Of a stretch of DNA of 64,000 nucleotides, positions 26,347-39,900 are shown piece by piece; the stretch's first letter is position 1; the number at the start of each line of letters is the position of its first letter. This DNA is from Azolla caroliniana (Eukaryota > Plantae > Polypodiophyta), in assembly GCA_043228905.1 (NCBI GenBank), contig JBHGNT010000008.1, positions 4,092,001-4,156,000 on the forward strand. Direction: 5' to 3'. The notes under the pieces are model-generated. The model was not told the origin of the DNA. It saw nothing but the letters and a program-made list of their open reading frames with translations, and made no database searches. The position numbers and the translations under genes are program-made.

Positions 26347-29300
26347 ATTATCCTTGTTGGAGGTCAAATATGACCTTTGAGACCAAAATTATAACATTTT
26401 CACTTAATACATGTGAAAGTGACTAGTGATCCTCAATGTTCAAGAATTTCACTAAATGAATGTTGTAATCGAGAGTGCACACTGTGACTATGAGAGCAAT
26501 CCGTGGAAGGATTGATTTTGGTCAAAGATATGCGGAAAGCATAGTCGGAAGTGATCAAAAGCAGAGCATTATATCAAAGTTTGATACTTGGGGGGAAAGA
26601 GAGAGAGAGACCAAAATGATAACATTTTCACGTAATACATGTGAAAGTGACTAGCAATCCTCGATGTTCAAGAACTTTACTAAATGAATGTTGCAATCGA
26701 GAGTGCACACCGTGACTATGAGAGCCATTTGTGGAAGGATTGATTTTGGTCAAAGATGTGCGGAAAGCATAGTCGGAAGTGATAAAAAACAGAGCATTAT
26801 ATCAAAGTTTGATACTTGGGGGAGAGAGTTATTATCATTCTATCTCGCTCAAATATGATCTATGGAACCAAATTAGCGAAACATTTTCATGACATATTGT
26901 GTGTGTGGAATTGATTATTGATGAACATCGATGAACTCAAAAATGTTATAGCAAGTTGATAGTGAGAGAGTTCTCAGATGGTAAGGTTTGTCCAGTGGAG
27001 ATCAATAATAAGTCCATGCTTCTTTCAACTCCTACATTCAACAATGGCATCTTATACTAGATGTGCTTACCAGTAGAGTAAGCCTATGATGTTGACAAAA
27101 TGTCAAGTGGTTGTACCTCTTTAATCCGATGTTGGACTTAGCTGTTTTCAAAGTGTAGATTACAGCTTTGATGCATTCCAAATGTGTTGGGTACACCAAA
27201 TCCATCCGCTAAATTAGACACCATTTGGGGACTGCCAAAATTCAGTTTCTAAAGCAAGATCGAGTTAATGGATGAAAAAAAATGTCATACACAGTCCTAG
27301 AAAGATGGTATGTCTAATCTGTTTACAGCTTATCAAGATTGGGATATGTTGAAATTTAAGCATTCAAAGATTGTCCTTAGATGGTCTCCAAATGTTGTTT
27401 GAAGTCCTCCAGAATTGTGACAATCCCTTATGTAAATCTTATCACTTGGTCGAAATGTTTTTTGATGTGTAATGTATTAATGTGGGGAAACCTACCTTTG
27501 TGCATAGTATGATGGATATTGTTCCTGAATGGCCCAACTCTCGCATACGTTTTTAATCGGTACAGATTCGCTCACCTTTGGAGCATGCTTGACCATACTC
27601 ACAAGAAGGATGCATTATGGAGCTTTATTGTCAAAGATTGCTCAGTGTAAGGTTATATGGAGGTGCATAGTAGATCATTTCCTTATGATCTTTAGATGTA
27701 CAGATAAATGGAAGTATTCTGAATGCAATTGGGCCACCAATCCCAATACCTTCGGTTCGATGCCTCTTTTCTCCAGCATCAGTTTGTTTTTCGTCACACG
27801 ATGGTTGACATAATGCTTAACATTTTCTACCAGGCAATATAGAATTTCACCTGCCTCTAGTATTCTAAGATCCTTCCTAATCATGGACAAGACAGGACCA
27901 CCAACTATCTCTCATCCTTCACAACATGGCTATATAGCAGGCCGTCATATTTTGCAATATAACTTGTTCAAATGTATGGATGCAGGCAATAGATTGCACA
28001 AAAATGGAATCGAAGCAAGAGATAGTAATGGTGAATTTTGTAAGATTTGGAAATGCATATATGATCTAATATAAATCTGGTCTTGTATCGCTCAAGTCAT
28101 CACTTATGTGAGATTCAGTGATACTATTATCAGACCAGGGTCCAATCTCGATTCAAAAAAGAAAGAATGGAAAGTGGTCAATGTATGTTTAGTTGCTAAT
28201 TAAGAATTTGCTTCAACTAATATGTGAGTGATTAGAGTAAGTGAATTATATCATTAGCTTTTAAATGGAAGTTAGATTTGTGACAATTCATAGTAATGCA
28301 ATCTAGTCTTTCCTAATGGAGGAAATTGATATGGCCACAACAGGATTTGCCATTTGTACCAAAGTATTTAGTAACATTCACAGTTGGGTTTGATCAAAAG
28401 GATGTTGTGAATGAAGCTGTGTCTAAGGTAAATTTTCCCAATCTGCATTCTTTCATTGAAAACCTATGCTTAAGTAATAGTAGTTTGTCATATTGATTTT
28501 TAGTTACATTAATGAACTCTTTATGATTCTTTAATGGTGCTTTTATTCAGTTTTCTAAGAATTGGACAATTGTTCTCTTCCATTATGATGGGAGAATAGA
28601 TGAATGGGACCAATTTGAATGGGCTCAGACAGCCATTCATATTAGTGCTAGAAAGCAAAGCAAATGGTACTATGCTTCTTCTTGTATTTGTTTTTGGTTT
28701 TTGTTTGTCCAAACTCCGATGGAATATTCTGCCGATTTCGATTCAATATATTACTCGATAATTCTAATGAAATACTTGTATTTCCATTCTGAATCTGCAG
28801 GTGGTTTGCAAAGAGATTCCTTCACCCCGATGTTGTGGCACCTTTCGAGTATGTATTTATTTGGGATGAGGATCTGGGTGTCGAGCACTTCGACAGTGAG
28901 AAGTATGTATTTGAATAAAATTACCTAATTCAAATAAAATCAACTCATTCGAATCCGATTATTTAAATCTTGCTTATAGAAGGACCTATTGCCATTATAT
29001 GGGTTATAAGCAGAGGATGGGAATAAAAAATTGAATCAAATGGACATAGAACAATGCTTCTTCTCACCTTTTTAATCAAAACAAAGCTCAAATGGAATAG
29101 AAAATTAGTTAAAACAATCCAAAAGAGGTACATTGTGTCCTGAGTTTTGCAGTAATAACTAAGATAGCCAACCATGGATCTCTATGAATGTACCCATTCT
29201 CATATGCTTTCATCCAATGTATAATGCCCAGGTATATCCAACTTGTAAGAAAACATGGATTGGAGATATCCCAACCTGGTCTGAATTCATCTGGAAAGGC

Positions 29301-30790
29301 TTTGGCATGGGAAATGACGAAACGACTAGCCGATTCAGAAGTTCACATGTAAGTCCGCAATTTATTCGTACAATTTTCATCGATTTTCAGGGTGATTATG
29401 TTATCATTCCTATACCGCATAATTTAATCAGGTCCACGAAAGAGCAACCCGGCCGCTGTAAAGATTCTATCCGACCGCCTTGTGCTGGGTAGGAATTGCA
29501 TCCACCTCAATATTGCATTGTACAATAAGGGGACAGTTTTAAAACTAACCAACAAACATAAGCCTACTACCATGACTTCTAACATGATCACAATAGGTTT
29601 GTGGAGATCATGGCACCCGTATTTTCGAGATCTGCGTGGCGATGTGTTTGGCATTTGTTACAGGTTTGACAAGTTGCATATTTCTCTTTTGGAGTAATGT
29701 ATACCCCCTCATAGATATGGTTATATCACTAGAGTTTATATTAGCCTATGCATAGTGCCAATGTTTCTTATGTTGCATCATTTCTCTTTCCATTGTCGGT
29801 AGCTATTAGTTTCTGATGGATCATTGCCATTTCTTTATTTTCCAGAATGATCTCATACATGGTTGGGGCTTAGACTTTGAGATTGGGAGATGTGTTGAGG
29901 TGAGACCTATATGTATATTTTTACATATGTATATCAGAAAACACAGACATACCCCCTAACATTTCTAATATTTACGAGGATACTTCCGAGTTTTCAAGAA
30001 CTACAAGAACACCCTTCTTCTATGTTTTCTCTGATGTATCATTGCCTCAAATAGATCAACAAATCAAGTGCTATATTTAGATAGCATGAAATTGTGAGAT
30101 ACCACCATGTCATACTAGTTCACAAGATGCATGTTGTGTGTATATGCAAGTATATACGTACTCTTGCATTGGACGAAACTTTGAGCCATAGCCGAATGTT
30201 TCATGATGAGCCAAGTTTCTTTAAAGGCATATATTTCTCACCATAATATACTTGGACCACCTTTTTTTTTATTTAAAGTGATGGAAAAGAATATATCTTT
30301 TTGCAAGATTATTGATCTCCTTTCAATTTCTCCCATTATTTGCAGCCAGCTTTTGAAAAGATAGGAGTAGTTGATGCAGAGTATATTGTTCACAAATCTG
30401 TGCCATCTTTAGGGAATCAGGTTTTCTTTAATTATACACGGCATTACTTGACATTCTTTTTGGTTGTATCTTAAAACTCTATTTATAAAATAAAAATAAA
30501 ACTTACATTTACATTCTCTCAGGGGGAGCCACTCAATGGAACATCCCCATTGGAAAGGGTAAGAAAAAGAGCATGTTCATTCACAAGTTGTTTGCTGAAA
30601 TAAGAATATTCAAAAGAGTATGTATTTTCCATATTGATCATCTTAGAGGCAGAGTTAATATGCAAAGAAAAATTTCTCATAGGTGAGGAAGCGTTGCTTC
30701 GATGAAATGAAACAATTTGAAAAACGTTTGAAGAATGCCGATCAAGCAATGAACCAACCTCAAAATGCATCCTCGAATATTCACATATAG
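24591..30790 (+). CDS. DUF707 family type-II membrane protein
   Basis: Exons about 24591-24797 (TM segment), 25868-25996, 28344-28427, 28551-28666, 28801-28902, 29232-29348, 29432-29488, 29597-29663, 29846-29899, 30346-30420, 30523-30558, 30683-30790. Motifs RGVEALPP, LFHYDG, KWWFAKRFLHPD, WDEDLG, EISQP, FVEIMAPVFSR.AWRC and NDLIHGWGLD. Start codon and possible extra N-terminal exons are uncertain. Confidence 0.92.
26308..26900 (-). repeat. Tandem ~229-bp units of a (GA/TC)n-tailed repeat family in a DUF707 intron
   Basis: Near-identical units at about 26380-26600 and 26608-26825, plus a degenerate third unit, each preceded by GA repeats. The first carries GAGGTCAAATATGACC..GAGACCAAA. Confidence 0.8.
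27130..28130. mobile_element. Decayed LINE RT fragments in a DUF707 intron
   Basis: Plus-strand HPSQHGYIAGRHIL at about 27910 resembles the LINE RT Q.GF..GR.I motif. A broken minus-strand reading lies on the other side of about 27895. Confidence 0.5.
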
Positions 30791-33700
30791 TATTATCAGG
30801 CAAAATTTATTTCCCAGTTGAGTAATGTTGTCAATAATGCATTAATTGCCTTACATTTCACATCAGATTTTTATCACGTTAAAAACTTAGTTGTTTTGGC
30901 ATTTTAGTTTGTTCTACATTCTACAACAGCAAAAGTCAGTGTACGTATAATAGCATTTGCTATGATGCAGAGTGACCATTGGCAAGATTTTGGAGTACAT
31001 ATTTTAACAAGATACTGCTACAACTACAAAAAGAAAATTGTTTAGACTTAAAGGTCCTTTCAACATTGAAAAGAAAAACATGTCGCATGCAGTCAATGGA
31101 AACATGTTAGATGATAATCAATAAGAAACATGTATGATACTCTGTGTATATATGTAGATCAATCATCCTTAATCCACTCAATATATACAGCTTAGCTTAA
31201 TTTGCTTTAATGCTTGTTGATTTTGACAGATAAACAAACAATGATCATAACATTATACATGTTTTCATGGGCAACATACCAAAATTCCCCAAAGGGTGTT
31301 TGCAATGAGGATAAAAAATTCTAATATAAAAACTAGAGCACCCATTTAGCAATAAAAAAATAATAGAATATGACACTAATTTAGAAACCTACTTGAATAC
31401 AAAGGAATGTGTCAAAAATTCTTGGAAACTTGGGAGTATTTTTTAATATTGATGTGTGAGTTCTTACATGTTCCATGAAGCAATTCCTAGTCTAAATAAG
31501 GAATGATTCGTCAAAGCAAACAATTTGCATCGGGATCTTGTTTTATGTGATTCTCAGTGGCATGATTCTAGTGTTGGCACTACAGTTTGGGATGTTAAAC
31601 AAGGTTTAATCATATTCTTATGTAACGTACCTTGTATGCACATTGCAAACAATGTCCCCTTCTCAGGGAGGGATGAAAAGAAAACTTTGTTTCAAACTTA
31701 CACCTGAACCACTAAGGTTCATTCATTAGCACACATCCTCAACTACATGGTTCAAATGTTTGTTGATAAAAACAATTTGATGCCACGTACATTATTGTCC
31801 TTGTGACACTGCTTGGATGGTTCTACACTTATGATTTGACAAAAATAGAAAAAAGAAAAATATCCTGTTGAAATTTCCTTCACAAAGATGATATTAAAGC
31901 ATTCAAGCACCTGTTTATATTTGCACCTCATTTCCTATACAAAGAGCATGGAATAGAGTAGTTCTGTCCTGATAACTTTGTCCAGCTTTACCACAAACAT
32001 ATAAAAAAGGTTTTAGACAGGGAAGATATTAATGATTACAGTAGGATTACAAACTACATCTTTCTACAAATTTTATGATCAGTGAAAGGTGTTTTATGGC
32101 TTTCCTATAAGTTCACAGAAATATGTACACAATATTGTTGAGCCCACTTCTTTCCTGTATGTACCACACAAAGTCATTAATATATAATTTCACCTTTCTT
32201 TCTCTTCCAACTATGCCTACTAGATTAATATAAGCTACAAATGTGGAGCTCATCGCCCCCTCATTAGGGATTCACAGTTGGCTGTTCACACTTGATCTTC
32301 CAATTAGGGGATGTTTACATCAGAAATCTATGCAAGGGTAAAGTCCGAGAGCTCCTAGAATTGAGTGCCTTTATATAATCTACAAAAGTGGTGCTCGTTG
32401 CCTCCTTCTGGAGCTCCACCCTTTGGTGTTCACACTTCGGATCTTCCAACTTGAGGGATGTTTACATATGCAACACCAATTCCGCAGAAACCCTGGACTC
32501 ACTACATATGATATACTAAAAAAACAGGGAGTGCCTATTGACTTTTATATAACAGCATTCCTTGTGCAGGAGGGATATTATGCAAGCAGAGACTGGGATT
32601 GTTAGGCTACAAGAAACTCTTGATCTTCAAACATAATTGACAATACTGACCTTTTACTTCCATATGTTTCACTCACATAGCATTTCAATTATAACAGAAA
32701 CAGTGAAGTGTGTTAAGGCCATCTTGTGTGTTGTGAAGATTCGTGAGATGATAAAACTTCTCCCTCTAAAACTAGCATGAATGAGGAATCTTCACAAGAG
32801 GGTCTTGACATATGGATGCAGAGATAACTAGCACTATAGGAAGAGAAAGACTAGCTGCATTGATGCCAAACATAAATCGGAAAGACCTATGTCATAGAAC
32901 TACCCAATAATACCATAGAATGATATGATAGGGCAGCAAACGTAAACCCAACAAACTCAGGAACAGAGTAACCGAGGAAAATATCCAATGCATCTAAAAT
33001 AAGTGAAATACAGAACCAATATTTCTAGAATACTATGGAGACAAGTGACTTTTAATTTCCCTGTCTGTTAGAAACAGACACATGTTCCCAGTAATATATG
33101 TGAGAATTTGTACAAAGAGAGGGCAAAATATTTCTAAAAATAAATATACAATAAAGGCAAAAGTCACCAGTGTCACATGTAATGCTACTGAAATATAATT
33201 TCCTGTGGGAATACTAATCCATGTGGAAGTATCCTCTAGATTTCTTAAACCCATTTAAAGGATCATTGTCATGCCCCATCAAGTAGCAATCCCAAATATA
33301 CTCTTCCTCACGAACTCAGATTCTATGTCTATCAAGGTATTACCTCATGGATTCTATTTCATACAGTGATTGGCAATGCTTGAGAGCATGACAATCTTTG
33401 ATAAAATGCAATATCTCAGAGCACAATATATTATGTTGTTTGAAAAGGTCATGCATAGGATTGCCATAACCTACCACGACCACTTTGAAGAAAGCCATTG
33501 GTTTTGTCAGGTACTTGTTCCTATATCTTCTAAATCAAGCCTGATGATAGATCTCCACGACACCATTACTTGCGTGGCTAAAGACTTGTTAGGTCTCATA
33601 TATTTTTCAAGTTTATTATGAGATCTGAGAAACTAATCTCTTTGGTGAAGGATTCAGACCCCTCCATAGAGTAACGGAGTACAATGATCAAAGATTCTTA

Positions 33701-33982
33701 CTGCTCTTCCTTCAAGAGAGAACTAGACATAGAGAGAAACACTTCAGAGATCAACCATTTATCCACCTAAACAGCACGACTACTAGTAGGAATGCATACA
33801 AAGCACAAAGCATACAGACAAAATCAAATAAGAACATTACATTGGAAATTTTACCAACCCTGGGCCCTACTTATAATATAAATGCACCAATTCATACTTC
33901 ACCTCGTCCAAACGATGCAGAAAATGAAGCCGGAAAGACCCAAACGGAAATCTAAAAGATGCAGAACCTACAGAACAATTAC

Positions 33983-36900
33983 CAAGGAGGATAGAGCCGA
34001 ATAATGCTTCCAACTTCAAGTTCCAATTCTGCATTTGTTTGCAAGTTGAATATCACCGTCAATTTGGTATTGGTTTGGGCTCTAGCACAATCCAGCTGCC
34101 AGCTCTAGGAATGGCAAAAATATCAAAACGTCTATCATCTAATAATTTGATCATGGAAAAGTTGATGCATGTGAGTGTGAGAAATGTTCTTATTATGAAA
34201 ATATTATTTATTTCTGAAACATGTAAGTAGAACTATACTATATCATCTCTTCTTTTAGTTCATATGGGGTTTACAAATACTATGCGATTAGAAGGTGGTT
34301 CATCAGATTAAATTTCGATAGATCTTCTGATGATACTATATGATGCATGCTTTAAAAAAACCTACTTGAGGTGATTTTAGGACTTCACATACACACGCAG
34401 CAAAGCGAGCCTCCAAAGATTTGTCACAAATCTTGAGCTCCATGCAGTTTTCTTGTCCTGCACAATTTCAAACGAAGTCTTGAGACATTCTAAGCCCAAT
34501 CACTTAGACATCTTAAATACCATGTCCAATATCAGAACACAAAGGGGTGAATGTAAGAAGACAAAATCCCATCACAGCAATTTCAATTGCATGCCAAATG
34601 TTTTTTGTCTCTGAGGTAGTCCTATAATCCTACATTTAGAAATTGACTACATGAATATTTCGAACAAAAAAGTGGGTTTATTTCAGCATTGTATGGGCTA
34701 TTTTCGATGCTAATTTTTCTATCCAAGTATCATGTTGTGGAGTTATTAACCTTCTTTTAAGGCATATATAGCATGGTTCTTGGAAAAGTAGATAAAACTC
34801 TCTCCCTATTATGTCTCTTCTCAGTGGTATTTGCTCATTTGCTTATGATTGGTAGATACTTTTAATCTTTTAGAAGAATCTACAAATAGCATATCCTACC
34901 TTATTTGGGGGAAACACGTCCAAAAAACACTTGTCAAGAATAACTCAGTTAGGTATAAACAAGCATTAAGTCCCCTTACACAGAAAAGGAGGTGCAGTGA
35001 ATATTGTAGATGGATTTGCCATTGTATCGAACAACCTACTGTATGTAAATAAACCTTACACGAAAAGAGGGTTGCACTGAATATGGTAGATGGGTTAGCC
35101 ATTGTATCTAACAACCTAGTGTATGCAAACAAACCTTAAGGTACTCTCACTTCACTCATTGTGTTGTATTTCAATCTGCTTGCTTAGGAGCACATGAGCT
35201 AGAGTTCATGTTGTATTTGCATCTGCTTGTTTAGGAGGGCATGAGCATGAGCTAATAATATATTAATCTCTTTTTTCTTTATTGTGTGCCTGCCACAAGA
35301 ATCTGCCTGTCCATCCTCTTGTTTTCCCCAATATTTAAAAAAATCTACAAAAAACTAAAAAATATAATATTGTGAAAGAGTATTTATGGGCATATTGCCA
35401 TTTCACAAAGGGTTCTAGTCCTGGCAGTGGAATATCATGACCAAAAGGCCAAATAGAGTTAATAAGTATAGAAAGCAGTCATGCTATACAATAGCAGGTG
35501 TCAACAAGAAATTCAGTTATATGGCATCTAAATTGCTTAGTTATAATTCCATTATTATGAAGTCAACTTCTTGATTGAAGATTGTCCAGTTCATGAAGAT
35601 GGTAAGTTTTTACTTTCACGACAGCAGTCGTAAAACAAAAAGGCCATGTGAATAGATAATTTGTAAATGGATGTATATAAAGACAATCTTTATATAACTA
35701 GATTATGAATGCATACATACAAACTGCAAAAACACATAAATAAAAAATAACAAAAAACCTGTTCTGTTATCTTTTGTTTGCAACATTTTCAAGAATGCAG
35801 CCCGATCATTTCTTTCACGATCTAAAATCTTCTGGAGTCGTCCTGTAAATCCAAAACTGTTTTCCAACAAAAAAGGATTTTTCAAACACGCCCCTGGTAC
35901 TAGTCTGCGGCAAAAAAGAAATAACAATAACAAGAGATGTGACAAGATTTATTCACCCTGATGCTTGTCCTTTTCCTTGCACATTTAAATCTTCCAAGGT
36001 TACAGGGGGAGCTTCTAGCAAAGCTTTTTGCAATTTCTGATGTATGCTCTCATGAGGCAAGATGTGTGACAGTTTAAGACTGCCCTGAGAAAAATGCCAT
36101 TTGATTTAATCAGAAAATATTTTAGCTATGGAAGCCTTAGTGTTTCCTAATTTTTGGATATTATTAGCACATTCAAAAACATAAAAAGTATACTGTAGCA
36201 GAAAAGGTTATATTTATGAAATATTACAGAATCAAAAGCCCATTTTTACTTGAGCATGAATAATAATAGAAATGTTCTATGGCTTGCAGTCGCATGTTGT
36301 CCTGTGAATGGAGCCTTACATTGGATAGGTATGATGGGAATGACTTCTTACAAGTAAGCTATAATACAACAATAAGGCAAGAATCACAAAATGAATTTGA
36401 ATCATTAATTGCCAGCCTTACAGCTTGCAATTTGGATATCAACAGAGAATAAATGTTTTCCAGCAACAGAACCACTAGTGTATTCGTAAGGCACATTTAG
36501 GATAATGCTCTGTCTTGCCTCATATTTTTTGTTGATCGTATACTTATTCTAGAGCCTGTAGTTTTCAATGTCTGACAAAAGCATATAAAAATACTAATTA
36601 TTGCATTACCCGAGCCACCCACAATGTCAAAACCTCCTCCCCCTAAAATCACAGTTTGGCAGTGATGTTGCACCAATGCAGATGTTTTTGCATCAGCAGT
36701 CTCGTTAGCCAGTTCAATCATTAAATAACCAAATTTCCTGCTAAGAAACGTTTCATACCATAATATTTATCAGCCAAAGCATTATGTTATCGCTTAGTTT
36801 ACCACGGAGCACGCTATTGTTGCATTTAAATGGACTAGTGATGTATAGCAATGCTGGTATTTAATCTCTCTTTGTACATTTAAAACTTTAGGATATAATC

Positions 36901-39900
36901 TGAGTAGACTAATGACATCTCATAGTAGTAATAAAAATAACAACAATCATATTTGTGTTAATATGTATCTCAAGTTGTTTGTAAGGTTCTGTTAATATTT
37001 CTCATGAAAGCCCCTAAATTTCAAGACGTGGTGGAGTTCCATCAAGTTTGCCATGAATAAATAACTAAATCTTATATCTGATTTATAATAGGACCTACGA
37101 TAAGACTGTCTAAGACTTTGACAGACACATACCCTTTCATCGTGTTGGTTGATATTATTATCTCCATCAGCAAATTTGTCCACTTTGAGAGATGAGTTAC
37201 ACTTGTTTTGATTATCACTTGCCTGCTCGTTTTACATCAAACATGACATTATTTAGATGTAGGTAACCACTCCATTTAAAATTACAAAAAATGATGCAAG
37301 TTTATGTTACCTCCTGTGGTTTAAATTTTGACTCATGCTGAACAAGTTGAAGAAGCCTTTGATTAATAGCCATATTTGTACTTGGAACCATATTCTTGGA
37401 TCCATGGTGCAAACTAATACTTGAATCAGATGAGCCATTTGGTTTAGTGAGATTTAGAAGCTGTTCAGCTAAAGAAAGTTTTCGCTCAACTTTATTTTGT
37501 AGTTGCTTGTTGTTTACTGTCCCAAAACTAAACGAAGGTTTTTTTTTGTGTGCTCCTGGATTAAAGCAAGGATGGCTCGTTTAGAAACAAAGTTATTGAT
37601 TTATGTAAGTCCAATCCCTTTCTTCAAAGGCAATAAACACATGATTTACCTGCATAAACAAAGTCAAACGTAAGAAGTAAAAAGCAACCAAATTGAGACA
37701 GAGTTCAACAAAACGAAATAAATTTTTAGACACTCAAGATTCCACAATAGTTAGAGATTGAGAAAAGCAAATATGCACACAAAGCTACAGAAGAACAGAT
37801 CTGCCAATTATGGCATCGAGATGTGGAATCAGAAAAATAATTCGTTTGACATTGTACTGTTTGTAAATCATTTCTCTCATTCTTTTACATTTTTGCCCGC
37901 TATTTGTGTTTTTCAGCAATCATTCAAATTGTTTTTTGCTTTTGGGCCAAGGTGCTATTAATTTGGAGTAGCAATCTAATTGATTTGGGCTTGTAATATT
38001 TCTTATCTATCTTTATGAATGTAGTTGATGTTATTCCTTTATAAATTAGTCTTTAAATATGTATATGAACATATTGGATCCATTTATTAATTTATTAACT
38101 AAAATATTTTTTCATTTATTTTTTCACACAAAGTTCACTCAAGGGTGGAGACACGCTACATGTTTGGAAGGAATCAGACACAATCTGAACATAAACTTAT
38201 GCTATCTCCGTAAATCATGATCAATCAGTCAGCACTTCATCCAGACAAATACCTGTTTAATCACTTTAATTAAGCAGAGAGAGATGGAGAACAAGAAACA
38301 ATATAGCAATGACACTCTCAAATTATCTGCCTTCTACAGGTTTTTGATATTGATTTATACTAGCATTCTGGCAATCAAAAAGTGAATGCTGATCCTATAT
38401 TAAATACCACATGACTAATTTGAGTGCCTTCCACTTATTTATATATGTGTTCCTACTATTGGATTTTGCATGTGCCTCACTAGACAACAAATACAGAGTG
38501 TCTGTATGACAGTGTCATTGATGCCAACAAACCAAGCAAAACCAAAAAACTTAATTACAATTTATAACTATACTGATGAGTTTGTGTCCAAGCTGTGCTA
38601 GAGGAGCTAGGCACAGAGCACATCAGAATTCTGATATGGCTAGAAAAAGTTAAAGAATATTTTCTTTGGAGAAGTAGGCCAAGTGTATTAAATCTGGTGC
38701 CCCGGCATTAAAAGAAAGTAAAACGTGGTGAAGGATAATATTTTCAGTGAAAAAGGAATTCAGAGAAGCTGGGATAACAAAAGGCAGTGAAGGTATTAAT
38801 CTTGCATGGGCCTTGCCAAAACTCGCGCGATTCATCTTCCTTAAATTCATCTAAATTAGAATTTATTCATGTTCTATGTATCAGGAATTCCCTATTTTAA
38901 TATTTGTCTGACGTTGAAGGTCCTAAATGTCTCTATAGAGCCTCCAGAGAGTTAAAAATCAACACAATGTCATCAACATTTATAAATATAGGTATGACTG
39001 TCCGTACCATGCATGCTCTTGAACCATCCAATCTCTATACATTTATATAAAGACTGGCAAGAGTGGGTAATAGTGGGCATCCTTGTTTCACTCATTCGTG
39101 TTAACCACATCCTTTGAAAACCCATTAGGAGCACACACTTTTCCTAACACTGAATCATCAGTGCATAGACACCCCATTGCATGTCTACTAGGACTCGAAT
39201 GACAGAAGAGTGAGATGAAGTGCCATACTATAAAATGACAAAAACCATAATTTAAATGAAATTGGAGCATTGAAAAAAGCAATACAATGATATGCTTTTT
39301 GTCCAAGTAACAAGAAGATACCAGACAATAAATAAATGAGGGAGGATTTATTGTTATAGAAAATTTATTGAAGAAACAAAGTAAGTGCAATGTCACCTTT
39401 CTGCTGCTTTAAATTGTTTTTATTCTTCATTGTAGAGGGAGGGAGGATGTGATATCGCATTTCACCAAGATCAGCATTCACCTCAGAATTATACCAAGCA
39501 TCCTTCAAATTCCGCACTTCCTTGACATCACTTATGAGTTCCATGGATTGATTTACAAATGGCTGAAATAATAACGAATATAAAATGGATAGTATTTGTA
39601 TTTGTCAAAGAGAAGAAGGATATGGTATAATTTGAGTGGCCTGTGACTAATCTAAACGTACATTTTCTGTTCCTAGTTCATGTACTAGAAGATCATCAGT
39701 ACTCTGTTGTGCAGATCTGATGCTGTCAGATATCTTCTGCTTCCCATTGTCATGATTAGAGCATTCCAATGCATCCTGAAATTCTCGCACAACGACAGAT
39801 CATGAGTCATGAAATTTTCTGAATTTTTAAAAACAAGTACGTTCGGAGAATAGCATAAATAGATGAAGAACCTCTAAAGTATTCCATACTGCAATTTCTT

